From positions 10,107 through 74,106 of the forward strand of contig CAWKLD010000002.1 of assembly GCA_963850225.1 (NCBI GenBank): a stretch of DNA of 64,000 nucleotides, given 5' to 3'. The notes below the pieces were generated by a model. The model searched no databases, was not told the DNA's origin, and saw only the letters and a program-made list of their open reading frames with translations. The position numbers were made by a program, and so were the translations under genes. This document shows positions 62,914-64,000 of this stretch, piece by piece (position 1 is the stretch's first letter; each line of letters opens with the position of its first letter). This DNA is from an uncultured delta proteobacterium. Its GTDB lineage: Bacteria > Desulfobacterota > Desulfobacteria > Desulfobacterales > Desulfatirhabdiaceae.

Positions 62914-63100
62914 ACATTTACCTCCTGATTAAATATGAAATTATGAAACAACGAAATCATTACAAAATATAGATTATTTCGGACTGGAAAACCGAATCGA
63001 ATGGAAACTGTCAGATAAGCAGAAAACGAATTGACGGTTGCAATTCACGGGGGTTCCAGGGCAAATGCCGCATCGATGGTTGAATCCAAGGATTTCAATC

Positions 63101-63130
63101 AAAAATGCGCTCTTTACCCTCGAAAGAGAG
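63101..63130 (-). terminator. possible attenuator hairpin of the riboswitch expression platform
   Basis: CTCTTT / AAAGAG 6-bp stem (63110-63115 / 63123-63128) followed on the minus strand by CGCATTTTT. Weak, AT-rich stem. Confidence 0.3.
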
Positions 63131-63142
63131 GCATCACGACAT

Positions 63143-63336
63143 GAGCAGGTATCCTGACTTGCGGCCCGAGCGGACTCTTTTCGCCTTTAGCCAGTAAACT
63201 ATATCGAAGGCCTGTGACAGAGTCCGTTCTTCGAGGATTCGATCTCAAACAGAAAACGCCTCGAAGCATTCCTTAAGGAACGCGCGTCGCTTACAGTTGC
63301 GGGGCAGTGACGGATTTACACCATCTTCCCTGCTAT
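63143..63336 (-). promoter_or_regulatory. cobalamin (B12) riboswitch in the mtaA-mtaC leader
   Basis: The minus strand reads AGCAGGGAAGAUGGUGUAAAUCCGUCACUGCCCCGCAACUGUAAGCG ... ACUGGCUAAAGGCG ... GCAAGUCAGGAUACCUGCU. These are the conserved GGGAA/GGUG.AA.UCC/CCCGC.ACUGUAA core, the B12 box AGUCAGGAUACCUGC, and P1 closing AGCAGG/CCUGCU. Confidence 0.8.
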
Positions 63337-63349
63337 AAAAACTAATTTG

Positions 63350-63391
63350 AAATCATTGATTATAAATCAATATAAATATAAATCATTGATT
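63350..63391. repeat. two copies of palindromic 12-mer AAATCATTGATT, 30 bp apart, just downstream of the sigma-54 promoter
   Basis: Copies at 63350-63361 and 63380-63391. The AATCA-T-TGATT core is self-complementary. A degenerate AAATCAAT lies in between. Confidence 0.5.
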
Positions 63392-63406
63392 TACAGATTG
63401 TAGTAA

Positions 63407-63422
63407 TGCAATAAAAATGCCA
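63407..63422 (-). promoter_or_regulatory. sigma-54 (-24/-12) promoter of the mtaA-mtaC-cobW-regulator operon
   Basis: The minus strand reads TGGCATTTTTATTGCA (TGGCAT-N5-TTGCA). It lies about 60 nt upstream of the riboswitch aptamer and about 490 nt upstream of the mtaA ATG. Confidence 0.7.
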
Positions 63423-63602
63423 CCCTATCCGGTTTTGTTTAATAAATATATTAATAACATTAATTGCGGATAGTTACAAAATTATGTTCGTATCGATTCG
63501 ATTTAACGCGTGATGTCATGGTAAGCATGATAATGGGTAAGGCTTTTGAGTCATATCGACTATACTCAATATTATTGGAATGTTGATAGTGCGACACGAA
63601 TG

Positions 63603-64000
63603 TCACGGTATGACAGCGTGCTGCGCAGCGGTTTGTGAGCGGAGGAGGGAAGTGTCCAACTCAAATTCTTTAATTTTTCGCCACAAGGTTCTGGTATTTA
63701 TTCCCGTAAAATGTGCCGTCTGGGTGACATTGCCTTCGTATCGTTTCAGCGACTCGAATATATAGGCTTTCTCGAAGCGCTTTTCGACCATGCTTCGGGC
63801 CACTTTGAACGGAATATCGATATTGACCGAATATGGGGATTCTCCCACTGTCGCGCCGGTCATCGCGCCTGAAAAATGGAGGGTATCGATGGTGTCGCCT
63901 TCTGTGACGACAAAAGCCCGTTCGAGAACATTTTCCAGTTCACGAACGTTTCCCGGCCAGACATGCTGCATGAGCCGAGCCATTGCCTGAGTGGATAACG
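63603..64000 (-). CDS. sigma-54-dependent transcriptional activator, C-terminal part only (runs off the window)
   Basis: ORF 63603..63983 continues to the window end in the same frame. WPGNVRELENVLERA (AAA+ sensor II) and C-terminal Fis-type HTH QTAHFTGINTRTLWRKIKEF. Confidence 0.8.
   Translation of the reverse strand, partial: LSTQAMARLMQHVWPGNVRELENVLERAFVVTEGDTIDTLHFSGAMTGATVGESPYSVNIDIPFKVARSMVEKRFEKAYIFESLKRYEGNVTQTAHFTGINTRTLWRKIKEFELDTSLLRSQTAAQHAVIP

Noticed and set aside
63041-63060. TGGAAC...TTGCA sigma-54-like sequence in the mtaA leader, plus similar half-matches at about 22700, 22730 and 16094
   Set aside because: The GG-to-GC spacing is wrong by several nt, or the invariant GC is missing. 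Only the sites at 58093 and 63407 fit TGGCAY-N5-TTGCA.

Overview
This is a 64-kb chromosomal segment that looks like it comes from an anaerobic, Desulfobacterales-like deltaproteobacterium. The taxonomic guess is inferred from gene content only. I saw no rRNA, tRNA, CRISPR array, transposase or integrase.

Core metabolism:
- Polyamine synthesis (pdaD-speB).
- Wood-Ljungdahl/C1 genes (fhs and a monofunctional cooS, divergently arranged).
- A CBM48 protein plus a large glycogen debranching enzyme.
- An ADP-forming acetyl-CoA synthetase.
- The alternative heme pathway block ahbC-hemB-ahbD.
- cobD, recD2, transporters and several signalling proteins (a LuxR-type response regulator, three sigma-54 activators, a hybrid kinase coupled to a TAXI binding protein).

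Two accessory-looking islands stand out:
1. 27.3-32.4 kb: a secreted multicopper oxidase and a nonaheme c-type cytochrome share a paralogous N-terminal module. They are framed by AT-rich spacers carrying repeats.
2. 51.3-63.6 kb: a corrinoid methyltransferase island.
   - Enzymes: MtaB-like methanol methyltransferase, MtaC corrinoid protein, MtaA-like URO-D methyltransferase.
   - Cofactor and maturation: RamA-type reductive activase, CobW GTPase, rubrerythrin, and a minimal Fe-S plus AcsC/HgcA-type corrinoid-binding protein.
   - Transport: an AmiS/UreI-like channel.
   - Control: two consensus sigma-54 promoters, two sigma-54 activators and a cobalamin riboswitch in the mtaA-mtaC leader.

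About 27 reading-frame switches interrupt 14 otherwise collinear genes. Most behave as single extra bases, several in short homopolymers, so uncorrected indel errors are at least as likely as real pseudogenes. All family names come from motif recognition and memory. No database search was run.
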